A stretch of DNA of 64,000 nucleotides from Podarcis bocagei (taxonomy: Eukaryota), in NCBI GenBank assembly GCA_964188305.1, contig OZ076886.1; one strand, written 5' to 3'. This document shows positions 1 through 13,218 of the stretch, in pieces. Both the position numbers and the translations under genes were made by a program. Positions within the stretch are counted from its first letter, which is position 1; each line of letters starts with the position of its first letter. The notes beneath the pieces were generated by a model that was not told the DNA's origin, searched no databases, and saw nothing but the letters and a program-made list of their open reading frames with translations.

Positions 1-3000
1 CAAAAGTGACAACTGGGGTTATTGCTCATGACTTCCCCAAATTGTGATCTGCCCATGGCTTTCTCAGCAGTGGCCTTGTTGCTTTGGAGGTACAGTCTCC
101 AACCCTTGCAAAGTTGAATAGGACTTTTAAGACTACCTCCTTTCAGTGCCTGGGTTTTCAGGTTGCTCTGTTGCCTTATTAATTAGATTATGCAATGATT
201 TTTAATTTTTTAAAAAAATGTAAAAATTTTAGTTACTGTAGAATTTATTTTGTGGAGAATATTTCTCGGGAAGCGGGGTATACATTTATTAAATAAACTT
301 TTCAAATCCGTTGTTCTCAGAATGGACCATTTCCTGCAACAAAGGGGCCTCACAGTGATCCATGAGGAATAAAGGCCTCTCCCACTCACTCAGTCAAAGC
401 ACGTTTGAATCCAAAGATGTTTAAATATGGAAACTAATTTCTTGCAACATACTGGGAAGGACCACCTAACAGCTGCATATATAACTGCTTTAGGGACCAC
501 ATCTGAGCTGTAGGTTGCCAGCTGGCCGTCTCCGAGTTAGAAATGGAGCAGTATTTTTTTTCTACCCCCATCCCTATCAAATATGAATTGAGGTGTGGTG
601 AAAACATGTTGCTCCTAAGGAATGTTTTGGAAAGGGTTGTGTGTGCAAGAAAAGCAAAGCTGACAATCCACATTTTAACATTCAAAGGGCCCTGCCCTGA
701 AGAAAATATCAATGCTCCCCTATAGTGAGGTGCCAGTTCCTCTTTCCTGGTTGTACCTCTGGTCCCTTCTTTTCCCCAACTCCTACCTCTGCTAAGGGCT
801 GTGCTGTGTTGAAGTGACACAACAGGAAATAATGTGTTAGTGTTTAGGAGAAATGAGGACAGCAAATAATGCATTTTAAGGAAGGCAAGGGAAAACTGAA
901 GTCATGAGAAAAACAATACCCTAAATAGTTCCCACAGGAAAAACCACCGTTGCTAAAGGTTAGAGGTTCACAATCGCATTCAGCTGCGTTGCATGTCCTC
1001 ATTTCAAATTGGGCAGCCCAGAGAAAACTTCCAGGAAATGCTAAATTATTATTTGTGTGTTGCAACATTTAAAACAAAAGAAAAAACCTCCACCAACTAT
1101 AATTCTTCTCTTCGTGCTGCATCCAGATGTCTGGAGCATATCCTCCCTGATTCAGCAGGCAACAATATTTCACATCAGTTTTGCCACTAGCAGACTCTAG
1201 AATGAATGTTTGCTATGGGGCAGGAATGGGGAAGCTGCCGCCCTCCATATGGTGTTGGACAACAACTCCACCCCACCCCCCGCCACCCATAGGCCAAGTT
1301 TGCTGGGATTGAAAACTGATTTACCAGAGGAAGAAATAGCTGGAACCAGTGCTCCCCCCCAAAAAAAATGTTTAGGGGGTACTCTCATTTTCCTACTCAT
1401 ATTGAAATACTGCCCCTCAATGAGGCCAAACTTAGATTCACAAAATGTTTAGGGGTATGAGTCCCTCCAGAAAAAAAAGCACCGGGCCTGGAACATAGGT
1501 AAACCAGTGACACTCTTGGAACTTGGGTGTTGCAAAAGTACTTCCAAGGTTGCAGGATACGGCATATCCTTTTAAGTATATGCTAGTCATGCCTTCTGGT
1601 TTCTCTTCCTCCTCACCTGTCTCGAGTTCTGCCATCATCTGTATCAATCTGTAAATATCAGCTCTGATGAGAAAAACTTGGGAGTTATCTTAGCATCTTC
1701 TTATTTGATGAGAGCAAACGAAACATATAATCCTTACAAGATAACGTCATCTTTGCACAGGAGCCGAAACGTAGCAAAGAGCTGCTGGGTAACATATGCA
1801 TTGTTTTGGAATCTTACTACAAGAGTTGTCACCTAGTCATGCCGGGGGTGGGAGGGGGGGTTCAAATGCTATTTCTAAGGTGTTCAAGACACATATCTTG
1901 CCTGTAGGGTTTTACTATGTATGAACCTGCTCACCCTGGCAAATGCATTCCAGCCACTGAATATACCTGCTCAGCCCAGAGGGTTTCATCTTTCATGCCT
2001 TGATGATATCAAGCATCAGATCACAAAGAAGCCAGATTCTGAAGGTGTGCGAGCTGAGCCATATTAGCAAGTTGAATTCGATTAGAAAGAAAGAGATTGT
2101 CAGGAGGCAGCATGTTCTAGCTAATAAGTATTTAGACGGCATGGGGGAGAAGATAGGGCTCCTGTGCCTTTAATGCTTCTGTAGAAGAAATGGGAACTTC
2201 GTCTGGGGTTGCTCCCATGACAAATAGCACTGGCTGAAATTCCCTCTCCTGTACAGCTGTTCAAGGTCCTTCTCCATTCCTTTTACCTGGCCCCTCTAAT
2301 GATGGCTGCTGCATGCACACCCTACATTTAAAGTATTCCTCCAAAGAAGCTTGAGATTTACACCGTAAGGCACAAATAAAAATTATAAAAAATCCTTCTG
2401 AAAATCTACTTTGGATGCTAAAAATGACTTTTAATTTATCTACAGGGTGGTGCAATACCCAAGCCAATAGACTTTTTGTTACATGGATTAATTTAAGAAG
2501 TCCAGAACACACTTTTTTAAAAGAAGAAGATCTGTGTAGGCCCAAACCTTCTTTTCTGGTTAATTTGAATTCTGTCATATCATGAACCACATCCCAAGAT
2601 TCCTAGGTGCATCAGGAAGCACCCATAGAGTCAAAGAATAGTTGAGCTGGAAGAGACCACAAGGATCATCTAGTTCAAACCTCTGCAATGCAGGAATCTT
2701 TCACCCATTTTGCACACAAAACAGGCGTGCTCAATTGTCTTGCCATGCATTGCTTGTGGGTCATCATCTGCAAGCCTTTCAGGCCTATACCATGCAGATT
2801 GATAAACATTTTAATAGGCCCTAAATCAGGGGTGTAGAACCTCCCCACATCCTGTCCTAATAAATACAGTAAAAAGAAGGTGAGATGCAAAGCCAGTGAG
2901 GGATGGGGCCTGGGGACAGAAGACGTGGCTGGGGGAAGTCATGGTGGGCCAAATCTGACCCCCATCCATTAAGTTCCATACCCCTTCCTTAAGTTGAGCA

Positions 3001-4424
3001 TGGGGTGTCCTAATCAGTAACTAATCCTGTGCAATTTAAAAAAACAAAAAGCAGCATGATACTATAGGGAGACATTGCAATAGAGAGCTGGCTTATACTG
3101 AATCAGGCTATTGCTATCTGCTCCAGTTGGCAATAATTCCATGAGATATTTGGCAGATAGATGCCTTGTCCAGTTCTGCTGTCTGAAACACTTTTACCCG
3201 GAAATGTTGAAATGGGGACCATTTCTGCCACCCAGCTATGTCCCCACGATGTCATGATGGCAACATAAGCCACTATGCCTGACTGTGCAAGTATTGAGCG
3301 TTTGGGAGCTGATGAATTTTCTCAAGGCCTATGTTTCTCCAGAAAACATGAGTAAGGTTTCCTGCAGAAATGCCCAAATGGAATGGTTCATCTGTGGTAG
3401 CCATAAGCTTTTGCACAGATGGTTCCTCTCAAGTGGGTCTGGTAGTGATGTTGCCTTTAGTGCTTTAGGTTCTGATTTCCCCATTCTTCTCCTTCCTTGG
3501 ACTTCTAATACTGCTTTCTCCTACCTCAGTGGTACTCTTTTCATTCCCCTGGGCCACTAGACCACTAGACCACCTTCTATAAGTTCACAAGAATCAGTTG
3601 TATTGGGCCTATTCAGAATGCACTCAGGTTAACCCAAGTACATGATTTGCATATCTCTGTGTTCTGGAAATCCCCTTCTCTTGACCAAAACTTCCTCCCT
3701 AGGCTCAGAAGGCGTCATCATTTTGTTTCACTGCTTTCTTTCAGACCAGAGCAACCAAACAGAGCAAACTGAAGGGGTAAACAAAACCCACTCCTGATGT
3801 GAACTGGCAAGCAGTGCAAACAGATTTCTTCTTGACTTTGTGGGTTCAGCCCCTTTTTAGTTACCTAACATCCATCCTGTTGCGCAGAAGACAGCTTTTC
3901 TTTCCAAAATCAAACTGATTACGAAGGATGTTAATGCTTCATTCCATGGTGGTGGTGATAGCATTATGGCAAATTTGTGCCACCTTTCGAGTTCTGAATT
4001 TCTCCCTATATATAATAAAAATGTAAGACTGTCATCACGCAAGCCCCATTGGAGGATTTCTAGTGCCACATCACAATCCTGGAGTTGCATAAAGTCAGGG
4101 CAGGATTGGGGAGCAAATGCGAAGGCAGGTTATACTACAGCAGTGGCCATGGCATGAGATTGAGAAGAGAGAAACACTGAGAGGGGGAAAGTGGTGGTTA
4201 TAAAAGTTTGAGTAAAGTAGGAATGGACAAAACTCAGAAGAAAATGGCAATTGTAAGCAAAGACATAGGTTTGAAATAAAGTACTTTGGAATACATCAGG
4301 GATCTGCATCCTTCATCCTTCACATGAGGCAACTGAGGATGAAAACCTATATTTGTAATGAACTGCACCATTTTGAAGAGAGTAAAATTTTCCTCTTACA
4401 ATCATATATTTTAATCTTATATTT

Positions 4425-4585
4425 TGTGTTTTATTTAATTCATCATTATATCCTGCATTTTCTTCAAGAAACCCAAGGGGGCAGATATGATTCTCCCTGT
4501 CTCCATTTTATCCTTACAACAACGATCCTGTGATGCAGGTTAGGCTAAGAGACAGTGAGCAGCCCTAGGTCACCCAGAAAGCATT
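4425..4585 (-). mobile_element. MIR-like (CORE-SINE-type) fragment
   Basis: Characteristic ...ccattttatccttacaacaac...gtgatgcaggttaggctaagagacagtga...ggtcacccag. Same family as 22255-22490. Confidence 0.65.
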
Positions 4586-4933
4586 GTGCCATTTTATGTT
4601 TCAGCAGTATGCACCACCTTGATAGGTAAGTGGAATGTGGCGGCGTCTTGACATCCATTCACCTGAAGTGCACACATTGCCCTGTTCTTCCTGCCTGCTC
4701 CTTTTACCTCAGAGCTGTTAGGCACAACACTGTCTGACATTGAGAAATAGGAGCCAATGAAAAGGTAAAACAACGTAGCTTTCCCCCACTGCTTTGAGAG
4801 ACAGAGCTAGACACACGCCTCAGTGCTTCCTTATAACCTACCAGGAACAGGCCTCGGTTAATTCTGACAGACCAGATAACTGAGAGCTCTGTGCTGGTTG
4901 CATCAGAGCATTCACCCAATCTGGCCTGCTGTG

Positions 4934-4935
<2 letters not shown>

Positions 4936-4979
<44 letters not shown>
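4936..4979. repeat. (GT)n microsatellite, about 22 units
   Basis: Direct reading. Confidence 0.99.
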
Positions 4980-4982
<3 letters not shown>

Positions 4983-5275
4983 CAACAAGTGGTGTTTCCA
5001 ATCTGCCTCTGGCACCACAGAGAAGTTGCAAGGCTGCATTCAGACTGCACTTTATTCCATTTCCCCATTGTTTCCTTATCCAATAATTTTGTGTTTTATG
5101 TGATCTTTCCCGCAACGTAAAAGCCACTTCTGGGAATCTAGTGGAAGTTTAGTGCTCAGAACTGCTTCCAGAAAAGAAAAGAAAAAGATCTGTTTGCCTG
5201 GAGTTTTGCCCTGTAATTGCCCCAGTTTCCATGGATCATGCCATGTGATGAAAATTGGGGGCTGTATACCGCAGC

Positions 5276-5769
5276 TGTCATGAACTGGTTGGACACAGAG
5301 GAGTGGTGGGTGGAAGCAGCTGGGGAACCACAAAAGAAAGTTCAAGGAGTCCAAGGAGTGGTGATGGGACAACAACGAGAGGGGGGAGACTGGGAAGAGG
5401 AGGTGTCAGAAGCTGAAGGGGTAACAGGGCTCAGTGAATTAAGGAAAGTCTATGACCGAGAGAAGTCCAGAACCAGAGGCAGGGAAGCTGAAGCAGAAGA
5501 GTGGGAGGGGGGAGACCAAGAGGCAGAGATGAGCCAGGCTAGTAAAGAGGCATGGGTGTCTCCACCTCCTCTCGCAACAAAGTCCCCTCCCCCTAATTCC
5601 CAGGAGCAGGAGAGGAATGAAATGAGTGCAGCAAAGATGGGCTGCACACAGGCACAGTCTCCAGTTTCTTGTAAGAAGCCCTGGAGAGGAGGAGACATGT
5701 CCAATGGCATCTGCTGCTGTGCCGTTGGTGGCGAATGAAGCTTAGCAGGACAAGGCAGCGTGTTCATCA
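5276..5769 (+). mobile_element. Putative solo LTR-like repeat
   Basis: Starts TGTCA and ends near ...TCA. Purine-rich with an acidic low-complexity pseudo-ORF, similar in layout to 31016-31623. No TSD found. Confidence 0.4.
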
Positions 5770-6312
5770 AAAAGCCACAATTCCATAATGCGGAATAGAA
5801 GGAATGTTAGCAACCAGGACAGAAGTGCAAGCAATATAACCAGGAAAGCTAATGCAATAATGCCCATGTCTGAATGCAGTCAGAACTGGAAAAATTAAGG
5901 TGTGGGTAGCCAGTGTAGGCCCTCCATATGTTGTAAATCTACATCATCCCTGACCATGCTGGCTGGGGCTGAATTTTAGTTTTCAGCATGGGGGTGGGTG
6001 CCACTGGCTTCATGGTTGTCCCCCTGCCACTCAGGGATACACCAAGGATTCTGCATATGCTGTTTGTCCCAACAATATATTTACACACCACACAATGGAT
6101 TGGTAAAAGGGCTGGGTGTTGTGAGTGGTGTCCTGTAAACATTGCCCTGTACAGACCATTGCCCTGGTAAAGGCATATGTACGGTAAGTAAGGTCAGGCC
6201 TAAGGACAATTTTCTATATGACGCTAAAACCACCTTTAGGTCTCCCTTGTGCTACTTGTGTTCCTGTCTTACCTTTCTTAATCTGGGAGAGAAAGCTGAA
6301 AAAGAAGACAGG

Positions 6313-6916
6313 AGGAGGCACCTTTTATCATATGTGGTGGAAATGTAAGGCAGTAAAAGAATTTTGGGAAATGATATATAATGAGTTGAAAAAATGTTTA
6401 AAATAACATTTCCTAAAAAACCTGAAGCTTTCTTTTTAGGAATTCTAGGTGCCAAAATCCCAAGAGATCATAAAAAACCAGATTGCGCAGATATTATTGG
6501 CCCAGAGATGGAAGGAAGATAAAGTCCCTACCAGAGAAGAATGGCAGATCAAGTTGATGGGTTATGCTGAAATGGCTAAAATGACTGGAAGAATCAGAAA
6601 TCAGGAAGACCAAAATTTTAATAAGGAATGGGGAAAATTTATAACTTATCTTAAAGACCACTGTAAACAGTTAAAATCGTTAGTAGGACTGGAATACCAC
6701 TTGTAGTTTAATGGTGAATTTTGGATACAATGGAGAGATAAAAGATTTGGATTATTATGAAAGATGCCAGAGGAGATGATTACGGTAATAACAGGATGCA
6801 CAAAGGGGAGGAGAAAAGTTCAAGAGATTCCTTGGGATCTTGTTTTAATGTTGTATGTTGGACACATGACTGTAAAATTTAATCTGAAAAACCAAATAAA
6901 CAAATTTTTTAAAAAA
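6313..6916 (+). mobile_element. 5'-truncated L1-clade LINE (ORF2 C-terminus, 3' UTR, A tail)
   Basis: Frameshifted GTFYHMWWKC...FWEMI...LLAQRWK...EEW is typical of L1 ORF2 ends. AATAAA and an A-rich tail follow. Perfect 15-bp TSD GAAAAAGAAGACAGG at 6298-6312 and 6917-6931. Confidence 0.88.
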
Positions 6917-9660
6917 GAAAAAGAAGACAGGCATTTGTGGGTAAATCTGTCCAGCTAATTATTTCTCAGAGGCTGGAAGCATCTGTAGCAATGTGGTATA
7001 CATGCACACGTGTGTGGGGAAACTGACATGCACATAGAAATACCTCTGCAAGAATATGTTCACTACTGAAAAGAAGTTTACTCGGGATTGTGGATATATA
7101 GTGTGGCCTGCTTTGCATTGTCAAAGAAGCACACGTACCCCAAAATGAGGACAAAAATAGACACAAATCTGCACATGCTACTTCATATGTGCACTTACAC
7201 ATTTAGAAATCATTTCCGTAATTTAAATAGAAAAGCGGCCTATCTGCCTTTTCAATTTGCTGTCCAGGTGCTAACCATTGATGAGCATCTTCAAGGCTCC
7301 TGCTCTCCCTTCTTATATGCTTTTAAAAAATAGACTTCAGTAGGCCAGCCCTTCAAACAGAGAATGATTTCAAAGACTGATTTCCTGATAGCCCTTTCAA
7401 AGAAAGCAGTGTCATCTGTAAAGGTTGACACACATGGCCACCCTAGCTATAAAACAATACTGCTGTGTTATCCACCAGCAGACTTTGTGCTGTAAAGCAA
7501 AGAGGTGGAACCTCTTGAAGTTGTTGGACCTGACTATTGGCCACGCTGTCTGGGGAGCTGATGGGAGCTGCAGTCCAACCACATCTGGAGGGTCAAGCTT
7601 CCCCAGATCTGAACATACCTGGGTTGCTGTCTATACTCTACCAGCCCTGCTCCTAAGCTTAATCTTCAGCCACTGACTGCAAAAGGTAGATCCTGGCTAT
7701 TTGGGTTGAATGCCGAGCCAATGTCCCTACTTTTCTCACAGAAAACAAAGACTTTATTTGCTGTGATTTGACAGAGGCCAAAGACTGTAACAGCAGAAAA
7801 ATCATTTAATTATGAGAAGCCTCTTCTAAGACCAGAGATGCAAAGGGGTGGGGGACAAATGGGATTTTTTCCCTTCCTTTTTCCACCCTTCCTAGCACTC
7901 ATTTTTTCTGACCCTTCATTTCATGGATTTCCATTTTTCCCAATTGTCATCTGTCAGCCACATGGAATGACGGCAGAATACAAGTCAGGTGGCAACCCTG
8001 GAGCCTCAGGCCCTCAAATGATTGTGGCTTGGACTCATCTGCGACTGGATCACTGAACTTCTTTTTTAAAGCAGCAACAGGCTTTTGATCAGCGGCCCTG
8101 AGGAAGGGTTTGATCCTTTCTCTTCCTGCCATTTCCATGACATAAATCCTCCCCCTATTTTCTCCACCGGGAGGCTTGATGGCATTATCCCACACTGTCT
8201 AGGGGATTTCCCCATCACTTTCCTTATCACAAAAAGTCTGGTCTTTGGGGGAAGTGGAGCTTTTTTGTGTGTAAGACCCTCCCTATCAGCTGTAACTGAG
8301 AAACCTGGATTTGCTGGTATGTGGTTGAATCTCACCCCTCAAATATTTGCAGTCTGGATGCACCCTCTGTCATGGATCTCCCGTGTCACATTGTAATGTT
8401 AACAAAATGAAAATGGTAGTTATTTCTATATTCCAAAGGATTTGGAATACAGTACCTGGTTACAGAGGCCTATCAATCATGCAGACGTTCCCCAGGAACA
8501 ATAAAACAGCTTTGTGGTTAGAATACGTAGCCCTTTAAGGAATGTGGCATGGAATAATAGTCTTTCCAAAACTGAATCACATTTTTCCTCAGTGAATTAT
8601 TCACTGAATGGTGACGTACTTCAGCATACCCCTCTGGGCTAGAGGGGAGCCCTTTAAATTACTTTTGGATCCTCTTCAAAAACCACCGAAGAAGAGCTGT
8701 CTATGGCCTCCGCTGGGGAATTCCCCATCTCCTAAGCTAAAAGTAAGCTTAGGCGTGCCTTCTTCCTCACATTCGATTAAAGCACCCCGAAAGGATCTTT
8801 TGGACCCCCATCTCTTACTTATCTGAGTGAGTAGTCAAAGAGGACATTTTAACTCCTTATTTTGGACATTGTGGGAGTTTGGGAGGGGGTTACGTAGCTT
8901 GTGGTATATAGCTCAGAATTTGATCACAAGAAGCTGAAATCTCTCTCTACTCCCTGCTGGCTCCCCACTCCCAGCTTGTGAGCTAGAAGAACGTATACTG
9001 TTGGTTCTGTGCCTCTGACCTAGTATAGGAAACACATCATATGAGAGTCCATGTTTATAGAACAGACTATCTGGAAGGTGGTGAAATGTCCTTCATTTGA
9101 GGTTTTAAAGCAAAGGTTGGGTGTCCGTCTCTCATGGATGCTTTAGTTGATATTCCTGCATTGTAGGATGTTGTAGGTGACCATCGGGGTACCTTCCGAC
9201 TCTACAGTTCTGTGATTCTATGAACAAACCAATGTTTATTTGAGCAGCCTTGGTGATGTCAAACTGGCAGCTGGTCAGCTAAAGAGAAGGGGTTTTTTTG
9301 TCTACTTTTCCTATGGCACAAGCATGGGGAATAAAAAGAGAATCTTGATAATCACTGGGTTGGAATAAAAGGAAGAGATGAGAAGAGATTTACTGGTGGG
9401 TCTAAAAAACACTCTTGGCTCTGAGAAGTGCAAGAGGAACTCATTAATTCATGTCTCATGGTTGAAGGCTCCCCAAACAGGAGCTTGACCTACCTGCATA
9501 GCTTCCAGCCCATGCTTTTAAGATCTGCCCTCTTCATGCAGCCATTGGTGGAAGGTAGTCTTTCAAAATCCTACATCAAGCTTCTTGGTAATGTCCCTCA
9601 CCTATAGCACTGTCCTTCCTGACTGAGATTTGGTTGTCTTTTCACATTCGTAATGTTAAC

Positions 9661-9789
9661 GGTGTTCTCGAAGCTACAAACATGAGTCTGACCAAACTGC
9701 GGGAGGCAGTGGAAGACAGGAGTGCCTGGCGTGTTCTGGTCCATGTGGTCACGAAGAGTCGGACACGACTAAACGACTAAACAACAACA
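9661..9789 (+). mobile_element. BovB (RTE) LINE 3' end
   Basis: BovB terminal sequence ...gtcacgaagagtcggacacgactaaacgactaaacaacaacaa. 9-bp TSD AATGTTAAC at 9652-9660 and 9790-9798. Confidence 0.88.
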
Positions 9790-10826
9790 AATGTTAACAT
9801 AAAATATATTCAGCAGTAGTTGCCTACACTTTTCAGTATAATTTATTATCCTCTGAATTGTATTTTAAAGTTTGTTACTGGTCGGAATTTCTGTTACTGT
9901 TTTATGATATTTGTATATCGTTTTAAGATTGCTATGATATGTCCTGCACTCTGGCAAGAAGGGAAGGGTAAAAGAATTGTGCAGGGAACCTACCCACACC
10001 AGCATCAATCCAGCACTGAACATTATTAATGATAAGCAACATCTCCTGCTCTGAGAGGAAAAGAGGATCCAAATGGCAGAGAAGAACTGACAGCAGTTCT
10101 TGGCCAAGAGGACCGACTCCTCTTCCTCCTGCTATTTCCATTGACCAGGTTGTGTATGTATGAGAAAAAGCTGCTTGCTATACAGTTCTAAGGTTGATTT
10201 TCTAATACAAGTACTGTACTGTTTTTCAAAAACCCAACACGAGAACCACACCCCATTTCTCGCCACCATTTTTCATGACTTCTCTCTCATCCATGCATAT
10301 AATTTAGAAGCTGGTGACCAGATGCCATGCAGCAGCAGGGCAGGGCTCCTGCACCTCCAACGGGTTGTGCAAATGAGGAAAGTTCTTTGGACACCACTTT
10401 CCCAATCCCTGCAGCACATGATAAAGCAGCATTGCCTAAATTCCTTCTTCTATGCAACTCTTAAAAGTGCAGAAGCTCCCTTCTCTCTGCAGCCAGGCAC
10501 ATACAGGCAGATTTTTTTTTTAAAAAAGAGACAATGGCCAACAGATCTTCTACCCCCCACCCCCAGCTACATCTGGTTGCAATGCTGCTTTTGGACTGGG
10601 GCTAGTGACAAAGTTGCTCCAAAGATAAAGTGTGTCTGGGACACTGTTTAGCTGACAGCATGGAAAGCCAAGCCTGTGAGAACCAGCTTATTACACCTGT
10701 TATAGGCCTTGCAGCAAGGCTCACCCCACCGCCGAGGGCACCCCCATTTTATTTCATGCTCATTTTAGAAGAGGGATCCTGTGGAATCCGGAAGCTTGCT
10801 TGATTTCATTTTTAGCCACTAGTGTA

Positions 10827-11090
10827 GTATAAACACTGACAACTGGGAAACACTGGCCTGCGAGAACAGTCTTTACCAAAGGTGTCATGGGCTTTGAAGA
10901 CGCTCGAACTCAGGACGCAAGGGAGAAACGTGCTAAGAGCAAGGCACGCTTGGCAAACCCTCACCGTGATCAACTCCCGCCTGGAAACCTATGTCCCCAC
11001 TGTGGAAGGACGTCAGGATCCAGAACTTATGGACTCACTGTTAAAACTGTGTTTATAGCAGCTTACTCGGCAGCTTACTCGGCTACGAGT
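10827..11090 (+). mobile_element. RTE-clade LINE 3' fragment with C-terminal CPHC zinc-finger remnant
   Basis: Translates to ...NWETLACE / FEDARTQDAREKRAKSKAR...LCPHCGR, typical of RTE ORF ends. 12-bp tandem duplication at 11058-11081. Confidence 0.7.
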
Positions 11091-11699
11091 GGTGGCCCTC
11101 TTGATCTGCAATTCCTCTAAAAAAATCGAAGAAAAATCTCAAGGAGACTTCTTTCACTGGGCCAAGGAAAGCTTTGTTTTTAAAAAGGAAACAGACTATT
11201 TTATATAGAAAGCTTCCATCGAATCCCCCGAACACCACCTGGGGGAAGGACAGGCAATTGCACAACTTGCTCATTAATTATTATTATTTATTTCTGCACC
11301 GTTTTATATTTTTAAGGAGGGGGGGAAATCACAAAGCAGTTTACAACCTGCATTAAAACATCCAAAAATCAAAAATTTAAAAAAATCCAGAAGAAAGTCA
11401 AATATAAGAGAAAGCCTGTTCCACTCCTAAGTCAGCAGCCTACGGGATCAGGCTAGAAAGCGACCTGCCTAGCAGTTGCCCTGGTCGGCGATGCCAGCTA
11501 AGATCGCCCGCGCGGGCTTTCCCCTCGCCCCGCCGCTTCCTTTCTTGGGCTGGCGGCTCCCTTCGCTCTCTTGAGGTTTTTCGAGACGCCGTCCTTGCGC
11601 GCGGGGGCGGTTGGGAGGAAGCAGCTCGCTGATTAGCCGCTCGGCTTATCAATCACGCGCCGGGGAAATTCCAGAGGGGCGGTCCTTCTGACTCACGCT

Positions 11700-11842
11700 T
11701 CCTTCCTCAGGAGAGAGAGAGAGAGAGAGAGAGAGGAAGCGGAGCGCGAGTGGGGAGGGCGGGGGGAAAGGGGAGATGCCCGCGGCTCAGAGCCCACTAG
11801 ATCCGGGAGCTGATTGGGTCCCCGTCGCAGGATCTCCCGCAG
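11700..11842 (+). other. TNIP1: Probable TNIP1 exon 1 (5' UTR); start approximate
   Basis: Donor-like CGCAG|GTACGA at 11842/11843 at the 3' edge of the CpG island. The first coding exon starts at an acceptor, so an upstream exon is required. The TSS cannot be seen in the sequence. Confidence 0.55.
11711..11734. repeat. (GA)n microsatellite in the promoter/exon 1 region
   Basis: Direct reading. Confidence 0.97.
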
Positions 11843-12481
11843 GTACGATCGGGGCATCCATTACCCCAAGCCAGCCTCATTTCTCCTTTCCTACGGGGAA
11901 AGAAATGCCCCCCCTTCCTTGTCCCTGTGGGGATAGAAGGGATGCTTTACGCTTAAGGTCGGAGGGGATTGATGCTTAGCAACGGGCTTGTGGTGTTTTC
12001 TTGGGAGGGGGGCGACCAAATGGTGCGCCTCCTCTTCCACAGTTCCTTGTGCCCCAGAACTCCGGTCCTGGAAAAGCAAATAAAAATAAGGTCAGCCCAC
12101 CTTAAAAACGGAGACCCCGCTCCCTAAAGCGGGGAGGTGTCAGGGGTTGAAGTTCTGTAAAAGTTGAGACCCCGTTTCTCCCAGTGCCTGGTGGGTTCTG
12201 TGTTCCGTGAGAGGAGTTGTTTGCAACGTTCACAACAGGACGCAGGCACAAGTGGCTCGTGCAAGGTTTCACAAACGCACCTGTGTGCTGTGTGTATCTC
12301 CTCTGGAGTTATCAACAGGGAACCTGTCACACACTCCATAGTGCTGGATAACAAACGCGATTTTTAGCTGAGGGGTTTATTGCCCCTGTTTTGTTTCTTT
12401 CTTTCAAGGCTCTCTACAGTGGCAGTAACAGAATGCTCAGGTCATGTTCGCAGGGTAGTGATTGTTAAAGGAGGTCAGATC

Positions 12482-13218
12482 CAGGGTCGGATTTAGGTTT
12501 GATGAGGCCCTAAGTTACTGAAGCTAATGGGGCCCTTTAGAAGTCCAGCTGTCTTTTGTCAGCAACAAATTGTCGCTGTTTTTTGTGTTGAATATATGCT
12601 GTATATGGTAATTTATGGACCTAATAGGTATCTAAAGCCATTTGCACATAACAAAATATGTATTTTATTGAAGTAGTTGTTGAACTGAAATACAATTAAG
12701 AAGTAGTATTTTAATAGTGAAATACAATTAAGAAGAAGTATCTTAATAGTGAAATAATTATTAAGCTCTAACTTAAAATGATTTTTTATTCATAACAAAC
12801 AATCATGCAAACACATTGGCATTGGGCAATAACAAAAGTTCCTTTAGAAACACAATTTACAAAGACTCATATTCTAGCCTCTAGAAACTTGCTATAATAT
12901 GAAATAATAGGTGTAAATATATGATGCAAACTACTAATAATTATAAATAGCAGAATGTAGGCACCCTATATATAGAAATGAGCAAACCAGTGATATTTTA
13001 GGGAGCAGGCTAGCAGGCGGGGCCCATTACTTACATCATAGGAGCCTACACAACACAAAACACTGTCGCTGTATGTAGGTTTTATTTTATTTGTTTTTTA
13101 TCTTATATTTAGGATATGTACATCCAGTTTTTTCCCCTTTAAATTTCCTGGGGTGGGGGCCCAAGAGCATGGGGCCCTAAGCTATAGCTTGTTTAGCTTA
13201 TATGCAAATCCGGCGCTG
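12482..13218. mobile_element. Non-autonomous hAT DNA transposon, about 740 bp
   Basis: TIRs CAGGGTCGGATTT / AAATCCGGCGCTG, subterminal GGGCCC motifs and an AT-rich interior. 8-bp TSD GTCAGATC (12474-12481) / GTCATATC (13219-13226). Confidence 0.85.

Larger units (their letters stand above)
11480..11850 (+). promoter_or_regulatory. TNIP1: CpG-island promoter of TNIP1
   Basis: Only strongly CpG-rich non-repeat stretch in the window. Contains a kB site GGGGAAATTCC (11662-11672), GC box GGGGCGG (11676-11682), AP-1 site TGACTCA (11689-11695), ETS-like CTTCC repeats, a (GA)n tract and further GC boxes (11752-11766). Confidence 0.8.

Noticed and set aside
1-400. 3' end of the upstream gene (ANXA6 in mammalian synteny), suggested by AATAAA at 292 and 368
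   Set aside because: No annexin coding sequence is visible, and the first AATAAA sits in a gcggggtata...aaataaa retroposon-type tail.
1616-1647. Possible minus-strand micro-exon (tttacag|...gacag|gtgagg)
   Set aside because: Weak pyrimidine tract, no partner exons and no recognisable protein.
5217-5738. 173-aa acidic ORF (and ORFs at 31019-31521)
   Set aside because: Low-complexity products of purine-rich LTR-like repeats, with no splice structure or recognisable domain.
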